Positions 19,019 to 28,581 of a stretch of 64,000 nt of DNA are shown here, piece after piece; position 1 is the stretch's first letter; each line of letters opens with the position of its first letter. The position numbers and the translations under genes are program-made. The notes under the pieces were generated by a model. The model searched no databases. It saw only the letters and a program-made list of their open reading frames with translations, and was not told the origin of the DNA. The DNA is from an uncultured Candidatus Rokubacteria bacterium (lineage in GTDB: Bacteria; Methylomirabilota; Methylomirabilia; Rokubacteriales; CSP1-6), in NCBI GenBank assembly GCA_963771355.1, contig CAVYTA010000005.1:384001-448000 (forward strand). The letters are read 5' to 3'.

Positions 19019-21313
19019 CTAGCTCGCCAGCGCCCGGCGCAGCGCCTCCCCCGTGATGGGCAGCTCGGTGAGCCGCGCTCCGATCGCGTCGCGGATGGCA
19101 TTGGCGATGGCGGCGGGGGCGGCGATCACGGGGGGCTCACCGACGCCCTTGGCGCCATAGGGCCCCAGCTCCGACGGCACCTCGACCAGGATGGTGTCCA
19201 CCGGCGGCACCTGGTCGCTCTGGGGCAGGGCATAGTCCATGAAGGTCGCCGACAGGAGCTGCCCCGCCTCGTCGTAGGCCATTTTCTCGAAGAGCGCCCA
19301 GCCGACGCCCTGCGCCACCGCGCCCTGGATTTGCCCTTCGATCGCGGCCGGATTGATGGCCCGCCCCACGTCCTGGACGACCAAGTGGCTGATCACTCGT
19401 GTGCGTCCGGTGTCGGTATCCACCTCCACCTCGGCGAGATGAGCGGCGAATGCCGGCGCCCGTTGCACGGTGGCACTGGCGCCGCGGCCCAGCACCGGCT
19501 CGTACTTGGCCCCGAACTGCATGGAGAGCTTGGCGAGCGCGGCGACCTCCACGCCCCCGTCGGGCACGCCGCGCACGCGGATCTTCTTGTCCACGAGCTC
19601 GAGGTCGGCGACCGAGGCTTCGAGGTGGTCGGCGGCGATGCGGAAGAGCTGCTCGCGCGCGTCGCGCGCCGCCTTCTCCACCGCGGCGCCCACGGTGTAG
19701 GTGATCTTGCTACCGCCGCTCGAGCCCGCGTAGGGCGCGGACTCCGAGTCGGGGTTGACCACGCGGATCGAGTCCACCGGCAGTCCGAAGGCCTCCGCGG
19801 CGATCTGGCCGAACGCGGTGTTGGTGCCGCTGATGTCCACCGTGCCCAGCACGATGGTGAGCGTCCCGTCGCGATCGAGCCGGCAGACCGCATTGGCGGG
19901 CTCGATGCCGCCCATCCAGCCTCCCACCGCCAGCCCGACCCCACGGCGCAGCTTGCCGCCGGACGACGGCGTCCCCGGCGCGGGGCGGCGGGTGTCGCGC
20001 GCCTCGCGCAGGCGCTCCAGCACCTGCCGGAGACCGATGCGCGGCCAGGTGCGGCCGTTGTTCATGGGGTCACCCTCGACCACGCAGTTGCGGATGCGGA
20101 AGTCGAGGGCGTCGATCCCCAGCGCGCGGGCCATCTCGTCCATCTGCGACTCGATGGCGAAGGACGCCTGCACGGCGCCGGGCGCGCGGTACGCGCCCTG
20201 GCCCACCTTGTGGGTGAGCACCTCGTAGCCCTTGATGTCCATGTGCTCGAAGCGGTAGTACCCGCCCAGCATCAGCGCGGCGATCATCACCGGCGCGCCC
20301 GGGAAGGCACCCGCGTCGAAGACGATGCGGCCTTCCACCGCGGCCAGGGTGCCATCCTGGCGGGCGCCCGTCTTCACCTCGATGCGGCACTGCGGGGCGG
20401 GCGTGGCGGCGAGGAACTCCTCCGTGCGCGTCATCACCGCGCCCACCGGCCGGCGCAGCTTGAGCGCCAGCGCGGCCACCAGGGGCTCCAGCAGGATGAA
20501 CTTGCCGCCGAATCCGCCCCCCAGCGGCGTGGCGATCACGCGCACCTGATGCTCGGGCAGTCCCAGCGCCTCCGCCACCTCGGAGCGCGTGTAGAAGAGC
20601 GCCTGGGTCGTCGTCCATACCGTGAGCTGGCCGGTGGGCTCGACATTCGCGACCGCGGCGCGCGGCTCGAGATAGCCCTGATGCACCACCGGCGTCGTGT
20701 AGGTGCGCTCCACGATCACCGCGGACTCGGCGAACCCCTTGGCCACGTCCCCGCGGGTGAAGTGCGTCGTGCTGAACACGTTCGGGCCGGTCTTCTCCTT
20801 CACCGCCTGCGCGGCGCCGCCCGCCCCGTGCATGGCCAGCGCTTCCTCGCCGCTGCCGCCCTCCGCCACGCGGACGCGCGGGGCGTCCATGGCCATCGCC
20901 CCCAGCGGCTCCACCGCCGCCGGCATCTCCTCGTAGTCCACCTCCACCAGCGCCGCGCCGTCCTCGGCGGCGGCTTCCGTCTCCGCCACCACCGCCGCCA
21001 CCGGATGGCCCACGAACTGCACGCGGTCGAGCGCGAGCGGGCAGCGGTTGCGGTCGGCCGGATCCGTATTCGCGAGCGGGAGATCGCGCGCGGTGTAGAC
21101 GCCGATGACGGCGGGCAGCGCGGCGGCGGCCTTCCCGTCCACCCGGCGAATGCGGGCATGGGCGTACGGGCTGAGCACGAGCCGGCAGTGCAGCATGCCG
21201 GGCAGACGGATGTCGGCGGCAAAGCGAGTCGCGCCGGCCACCTTCTCCCCGCCGTCGGGGCGGGGCAGCGAGCGGCCGACGGCGCTGAAGACTTGGGCAG
21301 GGGCTTCGGGCAT
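19019..21313 (-). CDS. xanthine dehydrogenase family molybdopterin-binding subunit
   Basis: SPYAHARI, GGGFGGK, AYRAPG, EGQIQG, GAKGVGE motifs. Confidence 0.92.
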   Translation of the reverse strand: MPEAPAQVFSAVGRSLPRPDGGEKVAGATRFAADIRLPGMLHCRLVLSPYAHARIRRVDGKAAAALPAVIGVYTARDLPLANTDPADRNRCPLALDRVQFVGHPVAAVVAETEAAAEDGAALVEVDYEEMPAAVEPLGAMAMDAPRVRVAEGGSGEEALAMHGAGGAAQAVKEKTGPNVFSTTHFTRGDVAKGFAESAVIVERTYTTPVVHQGYLEPRAAVANVEPTGQLTVWTTTQALFYTRSEVAEALGLPEHQVRVIATPLGGGFGGKFILLEPLVAALALKLRRPVGAVMTRTEEFLAATPAPQCRIEVKTGARQDGTLAAVEGRIVFDAGAFPGAPVMIAALMLGGYYRFEHMDIKGYEVLTHKVGQGAYRAPGAVQASFAIESQMDEMARALGIDALDFRIRNCVVEGDPMNNGRTWPRIGLRQVLERLREARDTRRPAPGTPSSGGKLRRGVGLAVGGWMGGIEPANAVCRLDRDGTLTIVLGTVDISGTNTAFGQIAAEAFGLPVDSIRVVNPDSESAPYAGSSGGSKITYTVGAAVEKAARDAREQLFRIAADHLEASVADLELVDKKIRVRGVPDGGVEVAALAKLSMQFGAKYEPVLGRGASATVQRAPAFAAHLAEVEVDTDTGRTRVISHLVVQDVGRAINPAAIEGQIQGAVAQGVGWALFEKMAYDEAGQLLSATFMDYALPQSDQVPPVDTILVEVPSELGPYGAKGVGEPPVIAAPAAIANAIRDAIGARLTELPITGEALRRALAS

Positions 21314-21414
21314 GGTGACCTCCGGTCTGGATGGTGGAGCGCAGGTATTGTACTCTCAAGCCCTCGGCCTTCACCTTCCGGCACCCGTGCCTGATGTCTC
21401 GAGGAGGAGCCTTC

Positions 21415-21729
21415 ATGATCACCGCGCTGGTCCAGTTCCCCCTGCCCGCCTCGGTGTCCCGCGACAAGGCCGCCGAGCTCTTCAAAGGGTCGGCCCCGAA
21501 GTACCGGGACCTGCCCGGACTCGTCCGGAAGTACTATCTCTACAGCGCGGAGACCAAGACCGGCGGCGGTATCTACCTCTGGAAGTCGCGCGAGGACGCC
21601 GAGCGCACCTATACCGCCGAGTGGAAGCGGATGATCCGCGAGCGGTACGGCGCCGACCCCCTCATCACGTATTTCGACACGCCGGTCGTGGTGGACAACG
21701 CGACGGGTGAGATCAGCAGCGACGCGTAG
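21415..21729 (+). CDS. YdhR-like putative monooxygenase (dimeric alpha/beta barrel)
   Basis: PGLVRKYYL...GGGIYLW; GAGGAGG RBS. Confidence 0.75.
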   Translation: MITALVQFPLPASVSRDKAAELFKGSAPKYRDLPGLVRKYYLYSAETKTGGGIYLWKSREDAERTYTAEWKRMIRERYGADPLITYFDTPVVVDNATGEISSDA

Positions 21730-21771
21730 TCACCGAACCGCAACCGCAAACCCACGGCGACGGGAGGGATC

Positions 21772-22548
21772 ATGGCGCTCGATCTGGGGCTCACGGGCAA
21801 GGTGGCGATCATCAGCGGGGGGAGCGAGGGGCTGGGCCGCGCGGCGGCGGAGCGGCTGGCGCGCGAGGGCGCGAAAGTGACCATCTGCGCGCGGCGCAAG
21901 GACGTGCTCGAGGCCGCGGCCAAGGGCATCAAGGAGGCCACCGGCAACGAGGTGCTGGCGCTGCCGGCGGACGCCACCAAGGCGGCGGACATCGAGAACG
22001 TGGTGCGCGCCACCGTGGAGCGCTGGGGCGGGGTGGATATCCTCCTCAACAACGCGGGCACCTCGGCGGCGGCCGCCTTCGAGAAGGTGGACGACGACAC
22101 CTGGCACGAGGACTTCGAGCTGAAGGTGATGGGGGCCATCCGCTTCTGCCGGCTCGTCATCCCGCAGATGAAGAAGCGCGGCGGCGGCCGCATCGTCAAC
22201 GTGACCACGGTGGGCGGCAAGGCGCCGGCGCCGCGCTCGCTTCCGACCAGCGTCTCGCGCGCGGCGGGCATCAACCTCACCAAGTCCCTCGCCCACGAGT
22301 ACGCCGCGGACAAGATCCTCGTGAACACCATCTGTATCGGTCTCGTCCGCAGCGCGCAGATCGACCGACGCGCCAAGGACGGCGACCTCGAGGGCCACTA
22401 TCGCGAGCTGGCCAAGCGCATCCCGCTTGGCCGCGTGGCGCATGCCTCCGAGTTCGGCGATCTCGTCGCCTTCCTCGTTTCCGATCGCGCCGCCTACATC
22501 ACCGGCACCGCCATCAACTTCGACGGCGGCATGGCCGCGACCGTCTAG
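21772..22548 (+). CDS. SDR family oxidoreductase
   Basis: SGGSEGLG, LNNAG, FDGG motifs; the YxxxK position is atypical (TSVSR). Confidence 0.88.
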   Translation: MALDLGLTGKVAIISGGSEGLGRAAAERLAREGAKVTICARRKDVLEAAAKGIKEATGNEVLALPADATKAADIENVVRATVERWGGVDILLNNAGTSAAAAFEKVDDDTWHEDFELKVMGAIRFCRLVIPQMKKRGGGRIVNVTTVGGKAPAPRSLPTSVSRAAGINLTKSLAHEYAADKILVNTICIGLVRSAQIDRRAKDGDLEGHYRELAKRIPLGRVAHASEFGDLVAFLVSDRAAYITGTAINFDGGMAATV

Positions 22549-22560
22549 CGGGGAGGCTCC

Positions 22561-23580
22561 ATGCCCAGCACCGTCAATCGCCAGGTCCTGCTCGCCGCCC
22601 GTCCGGCGGGCGCGCCCAAGTCGAGCGACTTCACGCTCGTCGAGACCACGATCCCCGAGCCCGGGCCGGGCGAGGTGCTCGTCCGCAACATCTACATGTC
22701 GGTGGATCCCTACATGCGCGGCCGCATGAACGACCGCCGCTCGTACGCCAAGCCCTGGGAAGTCGGGCAGCCCGCGGATGGCCGCGCGGTCGGCGAGGTG
22801 GTGAAGTCCAACGATCCCCGATTCAAGCCGGGCACTCTCGTCTCGAGCATGCTGGGCTGGCGCGAGTATTTCGTCTCCCCCGGCGAGGGCCTCACGCCGC
22901 TGGACCGCTCGCTGCCGCTGGCGAGCTATCTGGGGGTCCTCGGCGTGCCCGGCTTCACCGGATGGTACGGTCTCACGGAGATCGGGCAGCCCAAGCCGGG
23001 CGAGACGCTCGTGGTCTCGGGTGCCGCGGGCGCGACCGGCTCGCTCGTCGTCCAGCTCGGCAAGCTCCTCGGCTGCCGCGTGGTGGGCACCGCGGGCACG
23101 GACGACAAGTGCAAATGGCTCACCGGCGAGCTGGGCGCGGACGCCGCCATCAACTATCGCCGGGCGCCGGATCTGTTCGAGGCGCTGCGCGACGCCTGCC
23201 CGAAGGGGGTGGACATCTACTTCGAGAACGTGGGCGGTCCCATGCTGGACGCCGTCCTCCGCCTCGTGAACCCGTTCGCCCGCATTCCGCTCTGCGGGAT
23301 GATCTCCCAGTACAACCTGGAGACCCCCGAGCCCGGCCCGCGCTACATGATGAACATGGTGGGCAACCGCGTCCGCATGCAGGGCTTCATCATCTCCGAC
23401 CACTTCGACCGCTATCCGGCGTTCCTCGCGGAGGTCGGGAGCGCGGTCAAGGCGGGCCGCATCAAGCACGAGGTGACGGTGGTGGAGGGGATCGAGAACG
23501 CGGTGAAGGCCTTCCTCGGGCTCTTCTCAGGCGACAACCTCGGCAAGATGGTGGTGAAGCTCGGTCCCGAGCCCCGCTGA
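22561..23580 (+). CDS. NADP-dependent oxidoreductase (CurA/prostaglandin reductase-like MDR)
   Basis: SVDPYMRGRM, GAAGATGS, YFENVGG, CGMISQYN motifs. Confidence 0.92.
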   Translation: MPSTVNRQVLLAARPAGAPKSSDFTLVETTIPEPGPGEVLVRNIYMSVDPYMRGRMNDRRSYAKPWEVGQPADGRAVGEVVKSNDPRFKPGTLVSSMLGWREYFVSPGEGLTPLDRSLPLASYLGVLGVPGFTGWYGLTEIGQPKPGETLVVSGAAGATGSLVVQLGKLLGCRVVGTAGTDDKCKWLTGELGADAAINYRRAPDLFEALRDACPKGVDIYFENVGGPMLDAVLRLVNPFARIPLCGMISQYNLETPEPGPRYMMNMVGNRVRMQGFIISDHFDRYPAFLAEVGSAVKAGRIKHEVTVVEGIENAVKAFLGLFSGDNLGKMVVKLGPEPR

Positions 23581-23597
23581 AGCTCCTCGCACGGACC

Positions 23598-23993
23598 TCA
23601 GGGCTTGCGGTCGAGGAGATCGGTCGCGAGCTTGGTGAGCTGCTCCATGTGGAAGGGCTTGTAGAGGATGGGAACGCCCGTCGCCTCGAGGAACTCCTCC
23701 ATGTTGCCGGTCTGGGCGCTGCCGGTCACGAAGGCAATCCGGGTGAGGAGGTCGGGGCGCCGGCGCTGGAGCTCGCGGTAAAGGCCGGGGCCGTCCAGCT
23801 CCGGCATGCGGAGATCGCTGAGGATGAGGTCGTACTCGTTGCGCTCCACCCGCGCCAGCGCGGCCAGGCCATTGGGGGCCGTGTCCACGCGATGCCCATC
23901 GGCGGAGAGAATCTCGGCGATGAGGATGGCCAGGGGGGCCTCGTCGTCTACCACCAAAATCCGTTTGCCACTCAGCGTCTCGGTGCCGGACAT
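23598..23993 (-). CDS. single-domain response regulator (REC)
   Basis: ILVVDDE, ILSDLRMPELDG, FVTG, YKPF; CAGGAGG upstream. Confidence 0.9.
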   Translation of the reverse strand: MSGTETLSGKRILVVDDEAPLAILIAEILSADGHRVDTAPNGLAALARVERNEYDLILSDLRMPELDGPGLYRELQRRRPDLLTRIAFVTGSAQTGNMEEFLEATGVPILYKPFHMEQLTKLATDLLDRKP

Positions 23994-24171
23994 GATCGTC
24001 GATGACCTCCTGACCCTGGTGGATTGCAAGGCCGGGGCCAGAGGCCATCGACTCCAAGTACCTGTTTAAATTATATTTTTACTATCACGCCCCTGATGTA
24101 TCTACAATTTTGGAAGGGATGTTCCTCTCGCATAGTCGCTCCCATCAAATGTGGGGAGACCTTCAGAACCC

Positions 24172-25521
24172 CTACCGGCCTCGGTTCGAAGCCCCGGCCC
24201 AGTAGCCTCGGCCTCGGCTGCCCGCGCCGCTCCGGGCCGGCGGGTGCGCCGGGCCCTGACCACGCCCTTGACCCGCCGCGTGGGCCGGACCCTGCCGGGC
24301 GGCCTTGTCACGGGCGCGGGCTCGCTCGGAGGCCTTCTGGGCCCGGAGGGCGGCGATGCGCTCCGCCAGCGGGATCTCCAGCCGCTCGGCCGGCCGCTGC
24401 GCGTAATCGAAGCCCTCGAGCTTGAGCCGCGGGAGGGGATTGCCGACCGCGCGCTCGATGGCCTTGAGATCACCCATCTCGTCGGGCGCCACGAAGGTGA
24501 CGGCCTCTCCGACCGCGCCCGCCCGCGCAGTGCGCCCGGCGCGGTGGATGTAATCGTCGGGCACGTTGGGGACGTCGAAGTTCACCACGTGGGAGAGCTC
24601 GTCGATGTCGATGCCACGCGCCGCGATGTCGGTGGCGACCAGCACGCGGTACTTGCCGCGCTTGAAGCCCTCCAGGGCATGGGTGCGCTGGGCCTGGCTC
24701 CGGTTGCCGTGGATGCGGTCCGTGGCAATGCCCCGCTTGGCGAGCTGCTCGGCCAGGCGGTTGGCGCGGTGCTTGGTGCGGGTGAAGACGAGCACGCTGC
24801 GCATCTCCTCCCGCTTGAGGAGCGCCGCGAGCAGCCCGCCCTTGAGATCCTGCGCCACCGCGTAGACGGAATGCGTGATGCCGATGGCCGGCGCCGCCTG
24901 CCGCTCCTGGTTGATCGGCACCGGGTTCCGCAGGAACTCGCGCGCGAGGGCGGCGATGGGCGCGGGCATGGTGGCCGAGAAGAGGAGGGTCTGCCGCTGC
25001 TTCGGGAGCTTCCCGAGGATGCGGCGGATGTCGGGGAGGAAGCCCATGTCCAGCATGCGGTCGGCCTCGTCGAGCACCAGCACCTCGAGGGCGTCGAGGC
25101 GGACATAGGGATGCTGCATGTGGTCGAGGAGCCGGCCCGGCGTGGCGACGATGATGTCCACGCCACGGCGGAAGGCGGTCTCCTGCGGGCCCATGCCGAC
25201 GCCGCCGAACACCGCGGCGCCCTTGACGGGCGTGAACCGGGCGAGATCGCGGAGATCGGCCTCGATCTGCGCGGCCAGCTCACGCGTGGGCGCGATCACG
25301 AGCGCGCGCACGGCGCCGCGCGGCTTGTCCATCAGGCGCTGCGCGATGGGGAGAAGGAAGGCGGCGGTCTTGCCGCTGCCGGTCATGGCGCAGGCGACCA
25401 CGTCACGGCCGGCAAGCACGGGCGGAATGGCGTCGCGCTGGATCGGCGTGGGCGTCGTGAAGCCGAGGGCCTCGACGGCGCGCAGGAAGGCGGAGTGGAG
25501 ATTCAGGGCAGCGAAGGACAT
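24172..25521 (-). CDS. rhlE: DEAD-box RNA helicase (RhlE-like)
   Basis: PTPIQ, TGSGKT, PTRELA, DEAD, SAT, ARGID, HRAGRTAR motifs. Confidence 0.9.
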   Translation of the reverse strand: MSFAALNLHSAFLRAVEALGFTTPTPIQRDAIPPVLAGRDVVACAMTGSGKTAAFLLPIAQRLMDKPRGAVRALVIAPTRELAAQIEADLRDLARFTPVKGAAVFGGVGMGPQETAFRRGVDIIVATPGRLLDHMQHPYVRLDALEVLVLDEADRMLDMGFLPDIRRILGKLPKQRQTLLFSATMPAPIAALAREFLRNPVPINQERQAAPAIGITHSVYAVAQDLKGGLLAALLKREEMRSVLVFTRTKHRANRLAEQLAKRGIATDRIHGNRSQAQRTHALEGFKRGKYRVLVATDIAARGIDIDELSHVVNFDVPNVPDDYIHRAGRTARAGAVGEAVTFVAPDEMGDLKAIERAVGNPLPRLKLEGFDYAQRPAERLEIPLAERIAALRAQKASERARARDKAARQGPAHAAGQGRGQGPAHPPARSGAGSRGRGYWAGASNRGR

Positions 25522-25880
25522 GGAGATTCGACCTCTGTCGAGCGGGCTTCTCGCCGGGCAAGGAACCGCGCTACTGTGTGTCCGGCGTGATTTGGGAAGA
25601 ACGGGGGGATTTGCCGGGGGAAACCGCCGTTCGGGCTCTCTGAAACGCTTCGAGAACGTCATGAGTATCGCACGGGGATGGTGATTCGCCTAGCGATTCG
25701 TCGCCGGCCGTCGAGGCTGCGCCACCTGGGGTATCTTCGGAGGCCAAGGGAGGCGGCCCGAGGCGAATGGACACCGTGCTCGCCTGATCGGGTCTCACCT
25801 CAATGCCAGGCTGATCGGGCGGGTGGCCGGAGTGGGCTTCATTGCCGTGGGCGTCTGGACCTTGTGGAGAGCGTAGAGCG

Positions 25881-26222
25881 ATGAGCTTGTTGTTCTCTGT
25901 TCAGGGCCGGATCGGCCGGTCTACCTATTGGCTCAAGTTCTGCCTGCCCTATCTCGCGATCTACCTGCTGCTGTTGGCGGCCGACTGGAGGCTGGGAACC
26001 TACGACCCCGACGAGAAGACCGTCGGCCTCCTGTCCGGAATCTTCGTGGCGGTGGCGCTCTACTCGTCGATCGCGGTCAACGTGAAGCGGTGCCACGACC
26101 GGGATCATTCCGGATGGTTCCTGCTGCTGGGACTCATTCCCATCCTGAACCTGTGGCCGTTCATCGAGCTCGGGTTCCTGGCCGGCACCGACGGGCCCAA
26201 CGGGTACGGGGACCCCGAGTAG
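25881..26222 (+). CDS. DUF805 family membrane protein
   Basis: GRIGRSTYW...VKRCHDRDHSGW...GTDGPNGYG. Confidence 0.88.
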   Translation: MSLLFSVQGRIGRSTYWLKFCLPYLAIYLLLLAADWRLGTYDPDEKTVGLLSGIFVAVALYSSIAVNVKRCHDRDHSGWFLLLGLIPILNLWPFIELGFLAGTDGPNGYGDPE

Positions 26223-26286
26223 GCATGGCGCGCCGGGGAAGGGGCTCCGCTTCGTCGCCGAGCCGCTCAAATAGAGCAGGCGAGTC

Positions 26287-26658
26287 ATGACACACCGCTA
26301 CCAGGCCATCAACTTCCAGGACAAGCTCGCCCGCTTCAGCGATCACTGGGCGCCGAAGGTGGTGGCCCAGATGAACGACTACCAGCTCAAGCTCGTGAAG
26401 ATCCAGGGTGAGTTCGTGTGGCATAGCCATGCCGACACCGACGAGGTGTTCATCGTGCTGGACGGCCGGATGCGAATCGAGCTGCGGGACGGCGGAGTGG
26501 ACCTCGGGCCGGGGGAGATGTTCGTGGTCCCGAAGGGCGTCGAGCACAAGCCGTCCGCGCCGGACGAATGCCGGATCCTGTTGGTGGAGCCGAAGGGCGT
26601 CGTCAATACCGGCGATGCGGGTGGGGCCAAGACCGCTCCGAACGACGTCTGGATCTGA
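26287..26658 (+). CDS. cupin domain protein
   Basis: [15 protein letters not shown]...VVPKGVEH. Confidence 0.9.
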   Translation: MTHRYQAINFQDKLARFSDHWAPKVVAQMNDYQLKLVKIQGEFVWHSHADTDEVFIVLDGRMRIELRDGGVDLGPGEMFVVPKGVEHKPSAPDECRILLVEPKGVVNTGDAGGAKTAPNDVWI

Positions 26659-26878
26659 AAGGAGGGGGCGATGGACGCCGGCAACGGGCTGATCGTCACG
26701 CTCTGGGAGAACGCCCGACGCCCTGCACGCGAGCGAGAAGCCCGCCTGCCATGAGACGCGAGCTGACACGCCGGCAGATGGTGAAAGGGGTAGTCCAGAT
26801 CGCCGGAGCGATGGCCCTGACGGGTGCGGACACCTCGCGGCGGCGGCGGCGACGCCACCCGCGGAGCGCTCCCGGTTC

Positions 26879-27205
26879 ATGGCGCGCGCGTTCGAGATGC
26901 GACGCATCGCGGTGGAGCGCGGCGACCAGGCCTATGGCGCCGTCATCGTGCGGGACGCTCAGGTCGTCGGCGAAGGAGTGAGTGCGGTCCTGACGACGCC
27001 CGATCCGACCGCCCACGGCGAAATCCAGGCGATCCGGGACGCCGCGCGCCGCCTCGGCACGCCCCAGCTGGCCGGCTGCGAGCTCTACACGACGTTTCGC
27101 CCGTGCCCCATGTGCGAGACCGCCGCCTACTGGGCCGGAGTGGCGCGGATCTACCACGGGGAGGCGGTCACCGACGCCGGCGCGCCTCGTTTTCCCAGGT
27201 GTTGA
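26879..27205 (+). CDS. zinc-dependent nucleoside/guanine deaminase; probably begins at 26751 with a frameshifted Tat-lipoprotein signal
   Basis: DPTAHGE...PCPMC zinc motif. Confidence 0.85.
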   Translation: MARAFEMRRIAVERGDQAYGAVIVRDAQVVGEGVSAVLTTPDPTAHGEIQAIRDAARRLGTPQLAGCELYTTFRPCPMCETAAYWAGVARIYHGEAVTDAGAPRFPRC

Positions 27206-27338
27206 GCGCATCCAGCGGACGAGGAGGATCTCGCGGGCTCCCAGGACTCGCATTCGCATGGCAGTATCGTGGTCGAGTCGTCGTCTGCCCCGCGCACAGG
27301 CCGTGCCTTGATGGTGAGCTCGACGGAGGTGAAGGGTC

Positions 27339-27704
27339 ATGGAATCAGACATCGATGGCTCGCTGACGACACCGGTGGGGCCGCGCGAGCCCTCGCGCCC
27401 GCGGCAGGCGATCCGGCAGCTGCGCATCGGCCACCAGGCCATCGGCTCCAGCGCGATGGGCGCGCAGGTGTCCGGCTCGCTGGCGGTGGGCGCGGTTGCC
27501 CTGGGCGCCATGGCCGTCGGGGCACTGGCGCTGGGCACGCTCGCCATCGCCCGCCTCGTGATCGGGCGGGTGCGGATCCGTCACGCGCGCATTCAGGGCC
27601 TCGAGATCGAGGACCTGAAAGTGGCGCGCTTGCTGGTCCGCGAGCTCCGCGTGGTCGAGAAGCTCGTCACCCCCGCCGACCCGAAGGGGAGTCGGCCGGC
27701 GTAG
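27339..27704 (+). CDS. hypothetical protein with period-5 repeats
   Basis: GSLAV GAVAL GAMAV GALAL GTLAI...; GGAGG upstream. Confidence 0.65.
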   Translation: MESDIDGSLTTPVGPREPSRPRQAIRQLRIGHQAIGSSAMGAQVSGSLAVGAVALGAMAVGALALGTLAIARLVIGRVRIRHARIQGLEIEDLKVARLLVRELRVVEKLVTPADPKGSRPA

Positions 27705-27764
27705 AGAGACAGGCCATTCCCGGCCTACCCTGAAGCGACCGATCACGGGCGTGCAGATTCGCTC

Positions 27765-28538
27765 TCAGCGCCGCGGCGCGGGCGCGCCATGGCGGCCCTC
27801 GCCGGCAGCGAAGCGCGCGGCGCCCTCGCGGCTCTCGCCCGAGTCGCGGGTGACCCGACCCAGCGCGTACTCGCGCGCGAGGGCGGCGTCGAGATCCATT
27901 CCCCAGCTTTCGTAGGCCGACCGTCGGTCGCTGCGCAGACAGAGCGGCGGCAGCTCGGCCAGCGAGCGCGCCAGCGCTTCCGCGTCCTCCCGCGCCCGGC
28001 CCGCGGGCACCACCCGATTGGCGAGACCGATGTGCAGGGCCTCCTGCGCATCCACCGCGCGCCCGGTGAGGATGAGGTCCAGCGCGCGGCTCATGCCGAT
28101 GAGGCGGGGCAGCCGTACCGTCCCGCCGTCGAGCAGGGGCACCCCCCAGCGCCGGCAGAAGACGCCGAAGGTGGCCGTCTCTTCCATCACGCGGAGATCA
28201 CACCAGAGGGCCAGCTCGAGCCCGCCCGCCACCGCATAGCCGGCGACGGCGGCGATCACGGGCTTTCCGAGCAGCATGCGCGTGGGCCCCATGGGCCCAT
28301 CTCCGGTAGCCTCGACACGAAGCCCGCGCTCGGTGCCGAAGGACTTGAGGTCGGCGCCGCCGCAGAAGGTTCCCCCGGCGCCCCAGAGCACTGCCGCGCG
28401 CGCGTCCGGATCGGCCTCGAAGGCGCGAAAGGCCTCGGTCAGCGCCCGCGCGCTCGGCCCATCCACCGCATTGCGTGCCTCGGGACGGTCCATGATCACG
28501 GTCGTCACCGCGCCCTGCTTCTCCACTCGGATCGCCAT
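27765..28538 (-). CDS. crotonase/enoyl-CoA hydratase
   Basis: RPEARNA, FCGGADL, AGGLELALWCD motifs. Confidence 0.92.
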   Translation of the reverse strand: MAIRVEKQGAVTTVIMDRPEARNAVDGPSARALTEAFRAFEADPDARAAVLWGAGGTFCGGADLKSFGTERGLRVEATGDGPMGPTRMLLGKPVIAAVAGYAVAGGLELALWCDLRVMEETATFGVFCRRWGVPLLDGGTVRLPRLIGMSRALDLILTGRAVDAQEALHIGLANRVVPAGRAREDAEALARSLAELPPLCLRSDRRSAYESWGMDLDAALAREYALGRVTRDSGESREGAARFAAGEGRHGAPAPRR

Positions 28539-28581
28539 GGCTGGGCTCCTCCCCGAGGCAGCTTACAGTAGAATGACCCGC

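Noticed and set aside
24058..24125. AT-rich patch as an origin or foreign DNA
   Set aside because: It is short, sits upstream of the response regulator, has no DnaA boxes or iterons, and is best explained as a promoter region.
25522..25680. Riboswitch or thermosensor in the long helicase leader
   Set aside because: The 5' region is long, but I could not identify a known motif or a convincing structure.
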